Shown one piece after another: positions 36,356 through 44,955 of a DNA stretch of 48,535 bases. Numbering within the stretch: the first letter of the stretch is position 1; each line of letters opens with the position of its first letter. The translations under genes and the position numbers were made by a program. This stretch comes from a virus. Taxonomy: Duplodnaviria > Caudoviricetes. The stretch lies in IMG/VR virus record IMGVR_UViG_3300020387_000002, positions 1 through 48,535 of that record; one strand, written 5' to 3'. Below the pieces are notes generated by a model. It did not search any database, was not told the origin of the DNA, and saw only the letters and a program-made list of their open reading frames with translations.

Positions 36356-37318
36356 ATGAGAGTTTCACCGGGACTTGGTATACCTGTGGCCAGAACGCCA
36401 CAGGCCCTTGAGACGCCTATGCTCTTGGATAGAGATGGGATGCCGACAGCTACTCTTGCATACAGCCTAAGAAAACTGCGGGAAGACTACACGGGCAAGG
36501 CGGTCAGGGTCCGAAGGGCTTCCGATAGTGTCGAGGTAGATGTCGATTTTGACGACGAAAACAAGGTCAGCGGGTCTTCTGTTATAACGGTTACTTCTGG
36601 CTCTTACAGCGGCACAATGACTTTGGCCGCGTTTTCTTCAGGGACAACAATCCATGTAACTACATGGTGGGACCAAGTTGGGACGGCACAAAGCGCCTTC
36701 CAAACAACTGCGGGGTCTCAGCCTGTTCTGGCGTCAGACTATAGCACGTTAGAGTTCTCTGCCTCCTACAATAACTACCTGCAAACAACCCATGTCCCAG
36801 CCGAGGGAGGAGACGGAACAGATGTCGGAGACTCAAACACATGGATGACCGTGTCTAAGTATATTGACACTGATAACGACAGGCATGAGCTAGTTTCCGC
36901 TTTATATTATTACCCTGCTTATGGCCGCTCTTTGTATGTCGAAGGAGACACATATCGTTTTGATGTGGGCGGCGGCGGCGGCAATACCGATATTGACACC
37001 TTGGATAGCACTGTTACTGCCAGCACATCCAACATTGAAGTAGTCATCGCCTCTTACATGCCTGCGGAGTCAGGCAATGAAATGAAGATGAAGGTGAATG
37101 GGACCGATAGGTCGCCAGCAAGCTCTTCGCACAACGTAAACTCGTTTAATTACGGCCATTTTCATATTGGATATTGCAACTACCCTTACTTCACAACCGA
37201 CAAGTGGGATGGGAAAATTTATGAGGTAGTTGCTTGGGAGAACACCGCAGCATTTGCCGCATCAAGCGCAACTGCCGGGACTGTTTGGGAAGACGCTGAA
37301 GACTACTACGACCTATAA
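36356..37318 (+). CDS. Head fibre / lectin-like (ConA/LamG-type) protein
   Basis: AYSLRKLREDYTGKAVRVRRASD, VTTWWDQ, QP, WDGKIYEVV; directly follows the spike base gene. Confidence 0.7.
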   Translation: MRVSPGLGIPVARTPQALETPMLLDRDGMPTATLAYSLRKLREDYTGKAVRVRRASDSVEVDVDFDDENKVSGSSVITVTSGSYSGTMTLAAFSSGTTIHVTTWWDQVGTAQSAFQTTAGSQPVLASDYSTLEFSASYNNYLQTTHVPAEGGDGTDVGDSNTWMTVSKYIDTDNDRHELVSALYYYPAYGRSLYVEGDTYRFDVGGGGGNTDIDTLDSTVTASTSNIEVVIASYMPAESGNEMKMKVNGTDRSPASSSHNVNSFNYGHFHIGYCNYPYFTTDKWDGKIYEVVAWENTAAFAASSATAGTVWEDAEDYYDL

Positions 37319-37563
37319 TGGCTAAATACTTAAAGTTCAAAACGAAGAAGGGAGCCGAAAAGCGAAGCAAGGCGCTTTGGGGCGGGGACAAAGACGCTGT
37401 TACCCAGCATCTCTACAATTTCGTAGAAAGCAGAAAGACAACAGGGGGTAGTTTTCTGATCGTCCCAGATGACGGAGGAGAGCTGACCGCTGAAGAAAAG
37501 AACAAATTGCAAGGGCTCTCAGAGTTCAAAGAGTGGATGGAGAAATACCTAGCTCCCTCCTAA
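37318..37563 (+). CDS. Small hypothetical protein (possible fibre-associated)
   Basis: TAATG coupling to the fibre gene; ends ELTAEEKNKL. Confidence 0.65.
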   Translation: MAKYLKFKTKKGAEKRSKALWGGDKDAVTQHLYNFVESRKTTGGSFLIVPDDGGELTAEEKNKLQGLSEFKEWMEKYLAPS

Positions 37564-37580
37564 GGGGTCTTACCTGAATC

Positions 37581-38597
37581 ATGGACAAAAAAGACAACAG
37601 CATAAAGCGGGACATTGTTTTCGCTGTTATTGGAATAGCCATTTTCTACGCCGTTCTGGGCGTTGCAAACTGGCTTGATGGGGCCTTTGGCCTTATCGAA
37701 GCGTTCACGTTCGTGGACATCGCGTCAACGGTAACGAAAACCCTCGTTGCCAGCGCATTAGCGTTTGCCCTGCTCAAGATTGGGTTTAGGCATACGCTTG
37801 GAAGAGACATAGGCAAAACCTTTGATGAGGGCTGGGATGAAACTCCGTCCCCAAATAAGGCAAGGCTTATTATTATCGCGGTGCTGGTGTTCTTCGCCAG
37901 CATTATGCTTTCCGGAGCCAGCGCCTCTCTTAGAGACCTCTCCGTAGAAAGAAGCGGTGTAATCCCCGGCCTCTCGCTGCCAGTCAGCGACGAGGCCCGG
38001 GACCTCATCGTTGGATACGAGGTGGGAGGGAAAATCTATTACCAGAAGTATCTCTCGGGGCCCACATGGCCCGGGGGCGCAAGCGGAGTGACCATAGGGT
38101 TTGGCTACGATCTAGGGTATAACAACGCAACCCAGATTCGCAAAGATTGGGGAGGTCTTCTTTCTTCGTCTGAGGTGAACGCGCTCATTAGCGTATCAGG
38201 AAGAAAGGGGGGTGCCGGGAAATACGCCCTAGCTTCAGTAAAGAACAGGGTGAGGGTTTCATGGGACGAGGCCCAAGAGGTGTTTGATGGCTCCACTTTG
38301 CCAAGGTTTGCAAAAACAACCCAAACGGCATTTAGGCTGTCTGAAGACAGGCTTCACCCGCACAGCAACGGAGCCCTTGTGTCGATTGTGTTCAACAGGG
38401 GCGCAAGCATGAAGGGCAGCAGAAGAAGGGAGATGGCAAACATCAGGGATCACATAGCGGCAGGTTACGCCGGAAGGGTCCCCCGGGAAATCAGGTCTAT
38501 GAAGAGGCTGTGGCAGGGACGAGGGCTGGATGGTCTTATTAAGAGAAGGGATGCAGAGGCTGGTCTTTTTGAAAGAGGTCTTAAAATGAGAAACTAA
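37581..38597 (+). CDS. Endolysin (lysozyme-fold muramidase) with N-terminal multi-TM domain
   Basis: LIVGYEVGG, WPGGASGVTIGFGYDLG, ALVSIVFNRG, GLIKRRDAEA; three hydrophobic helices in the first ~115 aa. Confidence 0.85.
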   Translation: MDKKDNSIKRDIVFAVIGIAIFYAVLGVANWLDGAFGLIEAFTFVDIASTVTKTLVASALAFALLKIGFRHTLGRDIGKTFDEGWDETPSPNKARLIIIAVLVFFASIMLSGASASLRDLSVERSGVIPGLSLPVSDEARDLIVGYEVGGKIYYQKYLSGPTWPGGASGVTIGFGYDLGYNNATQIRKDWGGLLSSSEVNALISVSGRKGGAGKYALASVKNRVRVSWDEAQEVFDGSTLPRFAKTTQTAFRLSEDRLHPHSNGALVSIVFNRGASMKGSRRREMANIRDHIAAGYAGRVPREIRSMKRLWQGRGLDGLIKRRDAEAGLFERGLKMRN

Positions 38598-38621
38598 ACC
38601 AAACCCCACAAACTCAAAGCA

Positions 38622-39065
38622 ATGGACAGCGATCTGAGAAAAAGAATAGAAAAAGCGGCATACAAGCACCCGACACTCACTAATGGCAAAATAGCCCACA
38701 ATTGCAATTGCAAGGTAGCCGATGTCGAGGAAGTAAGAACCGACCTTGGTCTTGAGCTGGTTCATGCTGGCCCAAGAGGAAAAAGGAAACCAGCCTCAAG
38801 GGGGAAGGGTCTTGATCAGTTTCGTGCCAAGCACGATGTGGATCTTATCATCAGGACCAAGGTGATTGAGTATCTATCTGAAGACCATGAGGAGTATTTT
38901 GATGACCATGACTTCCGAGAGATATGCGAGGTTCCTGTTACAGGCTGGAGAAGGCACTCCGACTCGCCAGACTTTGATGAATACAGGTTGAGGAAGGGAA
39001 GCCTTAATGTGTGGGGGCCTAAGCACATAATCCTGCAAATGAAAAAGATCCTCGGGATCATGTGA
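38622..39065 (+). CDS. Hypothetical protein, possible N-terminal HTH
   Basis: HPTLTNGKIAHNCNCKVADVEEVR; coupled to the phosphoesterase gene. Confidence 0.65.
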   Translation: MDSDLRKRIEKAAYKHPTLTNGKIAHNCNCKVADVEEVRTDLGLELVHAGPRGKRKPASRGKGLDQFRAKHDVDLIIRTKVIEYLSEDHEEYFDDHDFREICEVPVTGWRRHSDSPDFDEYRLRKGSLNVWGPKHIILQMKKILGIM

Positions 39066-39937
39066 AGATGCCTAGAAAAAAAGGAAAATCTATTGACGAG
39101 TTTGCCAAGGGTCACGCCAGCAAGATCCTGTCTCTTCGGGATCAGTTGGAGACGCTTGCAAATGAACGGGCCCTGCAAAGGATCTCCCTTCCCAAAAAGG
39201 CCCCCGCGTTTAAGTTCGGGGTTTTGAGCTGCACCCACTTTGGGTCAATCTACGAGGAAGTTGCAATGACTCGGGCCATTTACGAGTGGTTTGAGCAGGA
39301 GGGTATTAAAACCGTCTACCATTGCGGGGACATGACCGAGGGCGTCCAGATGAGGAAAGGGCATGAGCATGAAGTCCATAAGCACGGGGCTGACGCCCAG
39401 ATAGATTGGACGGTTGAGCATTACCCATACATCAAAGGGATTAAGACTCACTTGATCTCTGGAAACCATGACGAGGCCCACATGAAGAATGGCGGCACAG
39501 ATGTCTGCGCGAGAATCGCGGAAAAGAGAGAGGACATCAATTATCTAGGGTCAGATGCGGCCCGGTGGGTTGTGGAGAGAAAGGGTGAAAAGGACATCAG
39601 GATAGACATGCTACACCCCGGAGGGGGGAGTAGCTACGCTCTAAGCTACAAGCCTCAAAAGATAATCGAGCAGATTGAGTCAGGCCAAAAGCCAGACATC
39701 CTGCTTATCGGGCACTTCCACAAAGCGTTTACGTTGCCAGCCTATAGAGGCGTTGCTGCGGTGCTTGCGGGATGCACTCAGAGGCAGTCGCAATTTATGA
39801 TGCGAAATGGCTTAGCCGCACATACAGGGGCCCACATAATCGAGTGTAGGGCCTTTGAAGACCAAGTAATGTTCTCGTCTTGCTGGAGGGGATTCAAGCC
39901 CCCCAAGGCAGATATTCCCGTTATTAACGATGAATGA
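39062..39937 (+). CDS. Calcineurin-like metallophosphoesterase
   Basis: SCTHFG, HCGDMTEG, GNHDE, LHPGGG and GHFH motifs. Confidence 0.85.
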   Translation: MKMPRKKGKSIDEFAKGHASKILSLRDQLETLANERALQRISLPKKAPAFKFGVLSCTHFGSIYEEVAMTRAIYEWFEQEGIKTVYHCGDMTEGVQMRKGHEHEVHKHGADAQIDWTVEHYPYIKGIKTHLISGNHDEAHMKNGGTDVCARIAEKREDINYLGSDAARWVVERKGEKDIRIDMLHPGGGSSYALSYKPQKIIEQIESGQKPDILLIGHFHKAFTLPAYRGVAAVLAGCTQRQSQFMMRNGLAAHTGAHIIECRAFEDQVMFSSCWRGFKPPKADIPVINDE

Positions 39938-40593
39938 CCGCTGTGCATATAGACCTTTACACAACACTGACCGCTTTAGGGGCAGCAGCCTCCGCTGTGC
40001 TGGCGATTTGGTCGCTAACAACAAGGGGGAGGTCCGCGTGGAAAGAATGGTGGATAAGAAGAAGGCAGAGGAGGCAAATGCCGCAGTTGCTTCTGTCTAT
40101 AAAAGAAGAGCTTCAGAAAGTCGCGGATAGGCAGGAGTTTTTCACTGCTGAGCTGAAGACAAATGGGGGAACCTCGCTAAAAGATGAGGTAAGGCTGTTG
40201 GTTAGCGAGAGGCTGATGGAGTTGCAAGAGGCTCCATACCCGGCCTTTAGATGCACATCAAACGGGGAGGCCATCTTCGTCAACAGGGCCTATGAGACCT
40301 TGGTTGATGACGACGACTCCAAGTTGGTTGGGCTTGGCTGGCAGTCATTCATTTACGACAGCGAAGAGGGGGACACTTATTATCAAAGGTGGTTGCAAGT
40401 TGCGAAAACGGGCTCGCACTTTGCCGGAAACCTGAAATACAAAGACTCTCATGGAAATTACCGGGGAGAATGGTTTGTCCGCATTGTGCCCCTTGGCCCA
40501 TATAAAGCACACAATCAGATATGGGGAGGAAGAGTGTTTCCTGAGGACGAAGTAGCAGAAGAAATAGCAAAGGAATACGGATGGGCGAGATAG
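39934..40593 (+). CDS. Membrane-anchored PAS-domain protein
   Basis: N-terminal TM, ELKTNGGTSLKD linker, then PAFRCTSNGEAIFVNRAYETL...LVGLGWQSFIY...W PAS pattern. Confidence 0.75.
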   Translation: MTAVHIDLYTTLTALGAAASAVLAIWSLTTRGRSAWKEWWIRRRQRRQMPQLLLSIKEELQKVADRQEFFTAELKTNGGTSLKDEVRLLVSERLMELQEAPYPAFRCTSNGEAIFVNRAYETLVDDDDSKLVGLGWQSFIYDSEEGDTYYQRWLQVAKTGSHFAGNLKYKDSHGNYRGEWFVRIVPLGPYKAHNQIWGGRVFPEDEVAEEIAKEYGWAR

Positions 40594-42428
40594 AGGTGCA
40601 ACTTACCGACGATCAAGCGGACGAGCTTCTTCGTGCTGCTTGCATGGAAAATGAAGACGCTTGGGTCGAGCAGTTTGGCAAGATCCTTAAAAAGGACGGG
40701 GCTGTGGAGACTCCCGTCCTTAACTATTTGCAAGAGCAGGTCTGTGACGCAATAAGATGGTGCAGAGAGAATGAATATCCATGTAGGATAATTATCCTCA
40801 AGCCACGCCAGAAAGGGTCCTCTACCGTTACCACGGCCTGTCTATACCACATGTTGCAGAGGAGGCAGTCCAACGGACTAATTATTGGTGGCGAATTTAG
40901 TCAAACGGATAACTTATGGAAAATTACCAGAAGGTATTCGGATTACGACAAGATGAAGTGGCCTCACGAAAGACCAAGGATCACAAACGAAAGAGGGGCC
41001 TTTGGTAACGGCTCCATTCTTGAAAAGGAGACGGCGCAGGACTCAGAGGCCGGAAGATCAGGAACCTTTCACTTCGTCCTTGCAACTGAAATTGGACGTT
41101 GGAGAGACACCCCGGCCAGAAACTCCGCTGAAATCCTGACCGGGGTGATGGCCTGTGTTCCCGACCTTCCAGACACAGCGGTGGTTCTTGAGTCAACCGC
41201 GCAAGGCCCGGCAGGGGTTTTCTATGACCGCTGGAATGACGCTGACGACTGGGAGCATGTCCAGACCCTTGCAAAAGGCGAGTGGAAGGGGCGGTGGATA
41301 AGGATATTTGCTCCTTGGTATGCTTTCGAGGATGCCAGAGACAACCTTACTGCTGTAGAGGTTGAGGACCTCAGGCGATCTTTAACTCCCACGGAAAGGG
41401 AGCTTTTGGCGGATTACAAGTGCGTGGACAAATCGGGTAACGAACACACTATCACGATTAGCCATATTAGCTGGAGGAGAAAGATTCTGGAAAGCGAGTG
41501 CGATGGAGATGAGACCAAGTTCGACAGGGAGTTCCCCACCACCTCGCAGCACGCCTTCAGGGCGTCTGCTAGGACGAGGTTCTCCCGTGATGGCCTCGAC
41601 TGGCAAAGAACCCATGCGACCGCTCAGAAGCCAATCTACGGCATTCCTGAGCTATCCGAGAGCGGCAAGCTGGTAAACTTTAGGCAATCTTCTTTGGAGG
41701 AGGCTATTGTCCACTGTTTTGAGAGGCCCCGAGAAGGATACCATTACCTAATAAGCGCAGATTTGATGACCGGGCAGTCACAAGTTGGAGGCAAAGATCC
41801 CGATTGCCATTCGGTTTTGGTTTGGAGAAAAGGTTTTTTTGATCGTGATCGCGGGTGGATTCCGCCGTCTATGGTTGCAAGATTAAAGCCTGAGTGCAGG
41901 TGGGATATAGATGTTTTGGCAGAGTGGACATACAGGCTGGCCCACTGGTATGGGAAGTGCCTTCTAGTGTCTGAGATAAACTGCGACCGGGGGTTTGTGG
42001 AGCTTATCAGGGCCAAAGGAGACATCCCCATTTACCAAAGGGAGATATTTAACCATGTGAACCAAAAGAGGTCCAAGGCCTTTGGGTGGCACACCTCCAG
42101 TTCCACAAGATTGCAAATTGAGGAAACAATGGCCCGAAGCATCAGGGGATACGGGGAAGACGGAGGGGGTGTTCACCTCAACTGCTTACACCTCGTCTCA
42201 GAATGCGAGACGTTTTGTGTGAATGACAAGGGGAAGGCTGAGGCCTTGAGGGGGGCCCACGATGATGACGTAATGTCTGCGGGAATTGGGCTATGCGTTA
42301 TCGAACAGGCTACCAGATACAGAAACAGGTATGACGACATCCCCCTGCCGCGTGACCTGAAAAAAATAGAAAATAGGCGAAAAAGAGGCATTGCCACTGG
42401 ACACCTTGGAAGAAGGGGATTCTACTGA
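40581..42428 (+). CDS. terL: Terminase large subunit
   Basis: Walker A IIILKPRQKGSST, Walker B VLATE, motif C LESTAQG, nuclease ISAD...VSEIN...GAHDDDVMS. Confidence 0.92.
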   Translation: MGEIEVQLTDDQADELLRAACMENEDAWVEQFGKILKKDGAVETPVLNYLQEQVCDAIRWCRENEYPCRIIILKPRQKGSSTVTTACLYHMLQRRQSNGLIIGGEFSQTDNLWKITRRYSDYDKMKWPHERPRITNERGAFGNGSILEKETAQDSEAGRSGTFHFVLATEIGRWRDTPARNSAEILTGVMACVPDLPDTAVVLESTAQGPAGVFYDRWNDADDWEHVQTLAKGEWKGRWIRIFAPWYAFEDARDNLTAVEVEDLRRSLTPTERELLADYKCVDKSGNEHTITISHISWRRKILESECDGDETKFDREFPTTSQHAFRASARTRFSRDGLDWQRTHATAQKPIYGIPELSESGKLVNFRQSSLEEAIVHCFERPREGYHYLISADLMTGQSQVGGKDPDCHSVLVWRKGFFDRDRGWIPPSMVARLKPECRWDIDVLAEWTYRLAHWYGKCLLVSEINCDRGFVELIRAKGDIPIYQREIFNHVNQKRSKAFGWHTSSSTRLQIEETMARSIRGYGEDGGGVHLNCLHLVSECETFCVNDKGKAEALRGAHDDDVMSAGIGLCVIEQATRYRNRYDDIPLPRDLKKIENRRKRGIATGHLGRRGFY

Positions 42429-42502
42429 ATACGTCGATTTGATCGACACACCTCAGAAACGTGTCGATATCTTCATAGGAAATCGACTTGCTGTCCACAG
42501 CC

Positions 42503-42544
42503 AACCCCTCGGAGAGTTGCAACTCCGGGGGGTTTTGCTATGAT
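42503..42544 (+). terminator. Terminator hairpin with TTGCAA at the apex, overlapping a sigma70-type promoter
   Basis: AACCCCTCGGAG / CTCCGGGGGGTT then TT; TTGCAA (42517) - 16 nt - TATGAT (42539) with extended -10 TGn. Confidence 0.7.
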
Positions 42545-42556
42545 TAGGAACGTGCC

Positions 42557-42877
42557 GTGAACATCCCCAAAGGCGTAACAATTGCAGGAGTTTTCGTTAA
42601 AATCATTAGGGAGGACCTTAGAGATGAGGACCACCACCCTAAGGGGTATTTTGGCTATTACTCCCATGAGCGCAGGGTCATAGCGATTGACAAGGGGCTA
42701 ACCCCTGCTGCGGCCCGGGATACAATTCGGCACGAAATGATCCACGCCGCTTTGGCCATGTCTGGTCTGGATCATCTTGAGCATTTTGAGGAGGAGGCAG
42801 TCGTGCGGTGCATGGAGGAAATCTTTTTCCCGGCCTACGAAAGGTTCTTGCGGAACCTAAACAGGAAAAAGACTTAA
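42557..42877 (+). CDS. Small zincin-like metallopeptidase
   Basis: GYFG...IAID..L...RDTIRHEMIHAAL...EEEAVV. Confidence 0.8.
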   Translation: MNIPKGVTIAGVFVKIIREDLRDEDHHPKGYFGYYSHERRVIAIDKGLTPAAARDTIRHEMIHAALAMSGLDHLEHFEEEAVVRCMEEIFFPAYERFLRNLNRKKT

Positions 42878-42879
42878 TA

Positions 42880-42908
42880 TTGCAACTTGCAAAATAATTA
42901 GTTAAAAT
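42880..42908 (+). promoter_or_regulatory. Sigma70-type promoter (leaderless)
   Basis: TTGCAA (42880) - 17 nt - TAAAAT (42903); ATG at 42916 with no Shine-Dalgarno. Confidence 0.7.
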
Positions 42909-42915
42909 CCCCATT

Positions 42916-43329
42916 ATGGCTGACAAATTGAAAAGATTCGTAGGCGACATGAAACGCGGCCTTGACCCACGCCTCGGAGTTGAGGCTGGAAGGGCCGTTG
43001 CCAGCAGAATCAAGAGCAAGCGGGACCTTAAAAAGGCTCAGGAGAGTGCCGCAAAAGGTGAAAGAGCTAATCCTGAGCTGAACAGGAAGGCGAAGGAGAG
43101 ATACGCAAAACACAAAGCGGCTAAAAAGGCCAAGGCCGATGCCGCAGAGAAGCCGCGTCCTCTTGGCCCTGCACCCTTTCCAGTAGTGAACACGGGGCCC
43201 AGAGCCAAGACTCCCACTACCAAGCCTTTGAAGCCCCAGCCGAGGTCTCAGACTAAGCCTAAAAAGCAAACAAAGGTTCCGAAGGAGATCAGGGAGCGCA
43301 TGAAGCGCAAGATGGGAGCCGGATACTAG
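42916..43329 (+). CDS. Basic K/P-rich hypothetical protein
   Basis: 137 aa; carries PVVNTGPRAKTPTTKP. Confidence 0.65.
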   Translation: MADKLKRFVGDMKRGLDPRLGVEAGRAVASRIKSKRDLKKAQESAAKGERANPELNRKAKERYAKHKAAKKAKADAAEKPRPLGPAPFPVVNTGPRAKTPTTKPLKPQPRSQTKPKKQTKVPKEIRERMKRKMGAGY

Positions 43330-43330
43330 G

Positions 43331-43681
43331 ATGCCCAATAAGGCCAAAAAGTTTGACCCGGAGGGCCCTCGATACGATTACGAGGGCGCTCGCAAGGCTG
43401 GTCTAAAACCCAACAAGGCTGGTCACTGGCCAAGTCGGGACCCCAAGTCCGGGGTAATCTTTAAGGGTGCGGGTCACAGGACGTTCCACAAAACCCAAGC
43501 GGGAGAGCTTGGAGCGGGGAATGAAACCTATAAAAGCGAGGATGGGAGATATCGCACAAGGCCAATCAAATACAGGACCCTCCCTAAAAGGGAAACCCCT
43601 CCAATTCCTCCTCCGGTGGTAAACACGGGGCCTGTTGCAAAAACCCCAAAGACTAAGCCGATAAGGCCAAGGAAAAAGTAG
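43331..43681 (+). CDS. Basic hypothetical protein
   Basis: 116 aa; YDYEGA...GHWPSRDP domain and PVVNTGPVAKTPKTKP tail. Confidence 0.65.
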   Translation: MPNKAKKFDPEGPRYDYEGARKAGLKPNKAGHWPSRDPKSGVIFKGAGHRTFHKTQAGELGAGNETYKSEDGRYRTRPIKYRTLPKRETPPIPPPVVNTGPVAKTPKTKPIRPRKK

Positions 43682-43947
43682 TGGCAAAGCTAGGACAGTT
43701 TAAGCCGGGAGCAACTGCTGACTCGATCAGGCAGAGGGCATACAACTCTAGGCCTGAGCAAAAAAAGCGCAGGGCCCAGAGGAATGGAGCCAGAAGGGCA
43801 GCAGAAAGAATACATGGCAAGGCTTCCCTCCGGGGGAAAGAGGTTGATCATGTTGGGGCCAGCACGAAGGGGGGCCTTAACAACGCGAAAACGCGGATCA
43901 TTTCTAGAAAGCTCAATAGGTCTCTGGGAGGGAAAAAATCTAAGTAG
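43681..43947 (+). CDS. Small HNH-like protein
   Basis: RAQRNGARR...GKEVDH...GG.N...RIISRKLNRS. Confidence 0.7.
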   Translation: MAKLGQFKPGATADSIRQRAYNSRPEQKKRRAQRNGARRAAERIHGKASLRGKEVDHVGASTKGGLNNAKTRIISRKLNRSLGGKKSK

Positions 43948-43968
43948 TTTTTAGCAGGACTGGCATTG

Positions 43969-44077
43969 AGAAGCCCCGGCCCCCATTCGTGGGAGTCGGG
44001 GTTTCTTTGCAAAAGTGACCCCGCCTCCGTCTGTACACGCCCAGAATTGCGCTGATTAGTTTTACGGAGACGGGGTC
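43969..44077. terminator. Paired hairpins at the convergence of the two transcription blocks
   Basis: GAAGCCCCGGCCCCCA-TTCG-TGGGAGTCGGGGTTTC then TTT; then GACCCCGCCTCCGT...ACGGAGACGGGGTC (44017-44077). TTGCAA (44007) lies between them. Confidence 0.7.
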
Positions 44078-44135
44078 GGGGGAGGCTTGACTCTTGCCGA
44101 AACACGCAATCGACCCCCTGCTGTCCAAGTTGAAG

Positions 44136-44555
44136 CTATTTAGAATGTTGCAATTCTGCAAGCTCTACTTGGAAGAGTTCGATGATCGTTTCTTCTTCCC
44201 GAAAATGCCTGACACGTTCTGCAACTGCGAGGACTTCAAGATGTTCGGGGGAATCGTCTTCAAACATTCCGATTTGTCGAAGTCCGTCCAGATAGTGCTT
44301 TGAGGCGGCTCCCAATCCATCGTAGTCGCGGGATCGGACGGTTCTGACGGTAACGATTGCAACAGTGCGGCATACTGGCTTTGCCTTGCTTTGAACTCTT
44401 TCCCTACGCTTCGGTTTGTCTTTAGCAGGTTTAGGGTCGGCCCCACCTGCGGTATCACCACATGCGCTACCTTTTTTGCGCCAGACTCCATCAGGGCCTT
44501 TCTCAAAACCTTTGCTGTGTAAGAGGTCATACGCCTCCTCCTTGCTTCCTTTCAT
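44136..44555 (-). CDS. RusA-like Holliday junction resolvase
   Basis: RDYDGLGAASKHYLDGLRQIGMFEDDS; ATG at 44555. Confidence 0.7.
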   Translation of the reverse strand: MKGSKEEAYDLLHSKGFEKGPDGVWRKKGSACGDTAGGADPKPAKDKPKRRERVQSKAKPVCRTVAIVTVRTVRSRDYDGLGAASKHYLDGLRQIGMFEDDSPEHLEVLAVAERVRHFREEETIIELFQVELAELQHSK

Positions 44556-44955
44556 TTTGGGGGACCCTTCTTCTTTCCCTGTTGTAAAGAGGCACAATGG
44601 ACCTGTGCCCGTGCTTTGTTTTTTGCAAATATCCCTTTTTCTCAAGGGCGGCCACAACATTGCTGGCAGAGTTTGTCCAGTGCCACCCCATGTGGTTCAT
44701 AATCTCCCTGAGGGTGGGGGATTCTCCTTTGCTTATGTAGTTGTGAACAATAAAGCACAGCGCCTCGTCTTGTGTTGGGGTCAAATCCGGAAGTGTAATA
44801 TTAACCTCGTTGTCTGGAAGGTTCTCCACCACATATTGGGCAAGCAGCTTGTCACAACTTGCAATCGTTTTTTCCGCCGATGACCTTTGCTCCAACACAA
44901 AACGAACTGCCGGGTTGTTCATGTATGAATCTGGTATATTCGGGCAAGTCTTCAT
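44527..44955 (-). CDS. LexA-type winged-HTH DNA-binding protein lacking a peptidase domain
   Basis: LTPTQDEALCFI...GESPTLREIMNHMG....SASNVVAALEKKGYL...RSI; ATGA overlap with the dnaB stop gives a start at 44955. Confidence 0.8.
   Translation of the reverse strand: MKTCPNIPDSYMNNPAVRFVLEQRSSAEKTIASCDKLLAQYVVENLPDNEVNITLPDLTPTQDEALCFIVHNYISKGESPTLREIMNHMGWHWTNSASNVVAALEKKGYLQKTKHGHRSIVPLYNRERRRVPQNERKQGGGV

Noticed and set aside
33387-37318. Diversity-generating retroelement acting on the fibres
   Set aside because: No reverse transcriptase and no template/variable repeat pair with adenine-specific mismatches.
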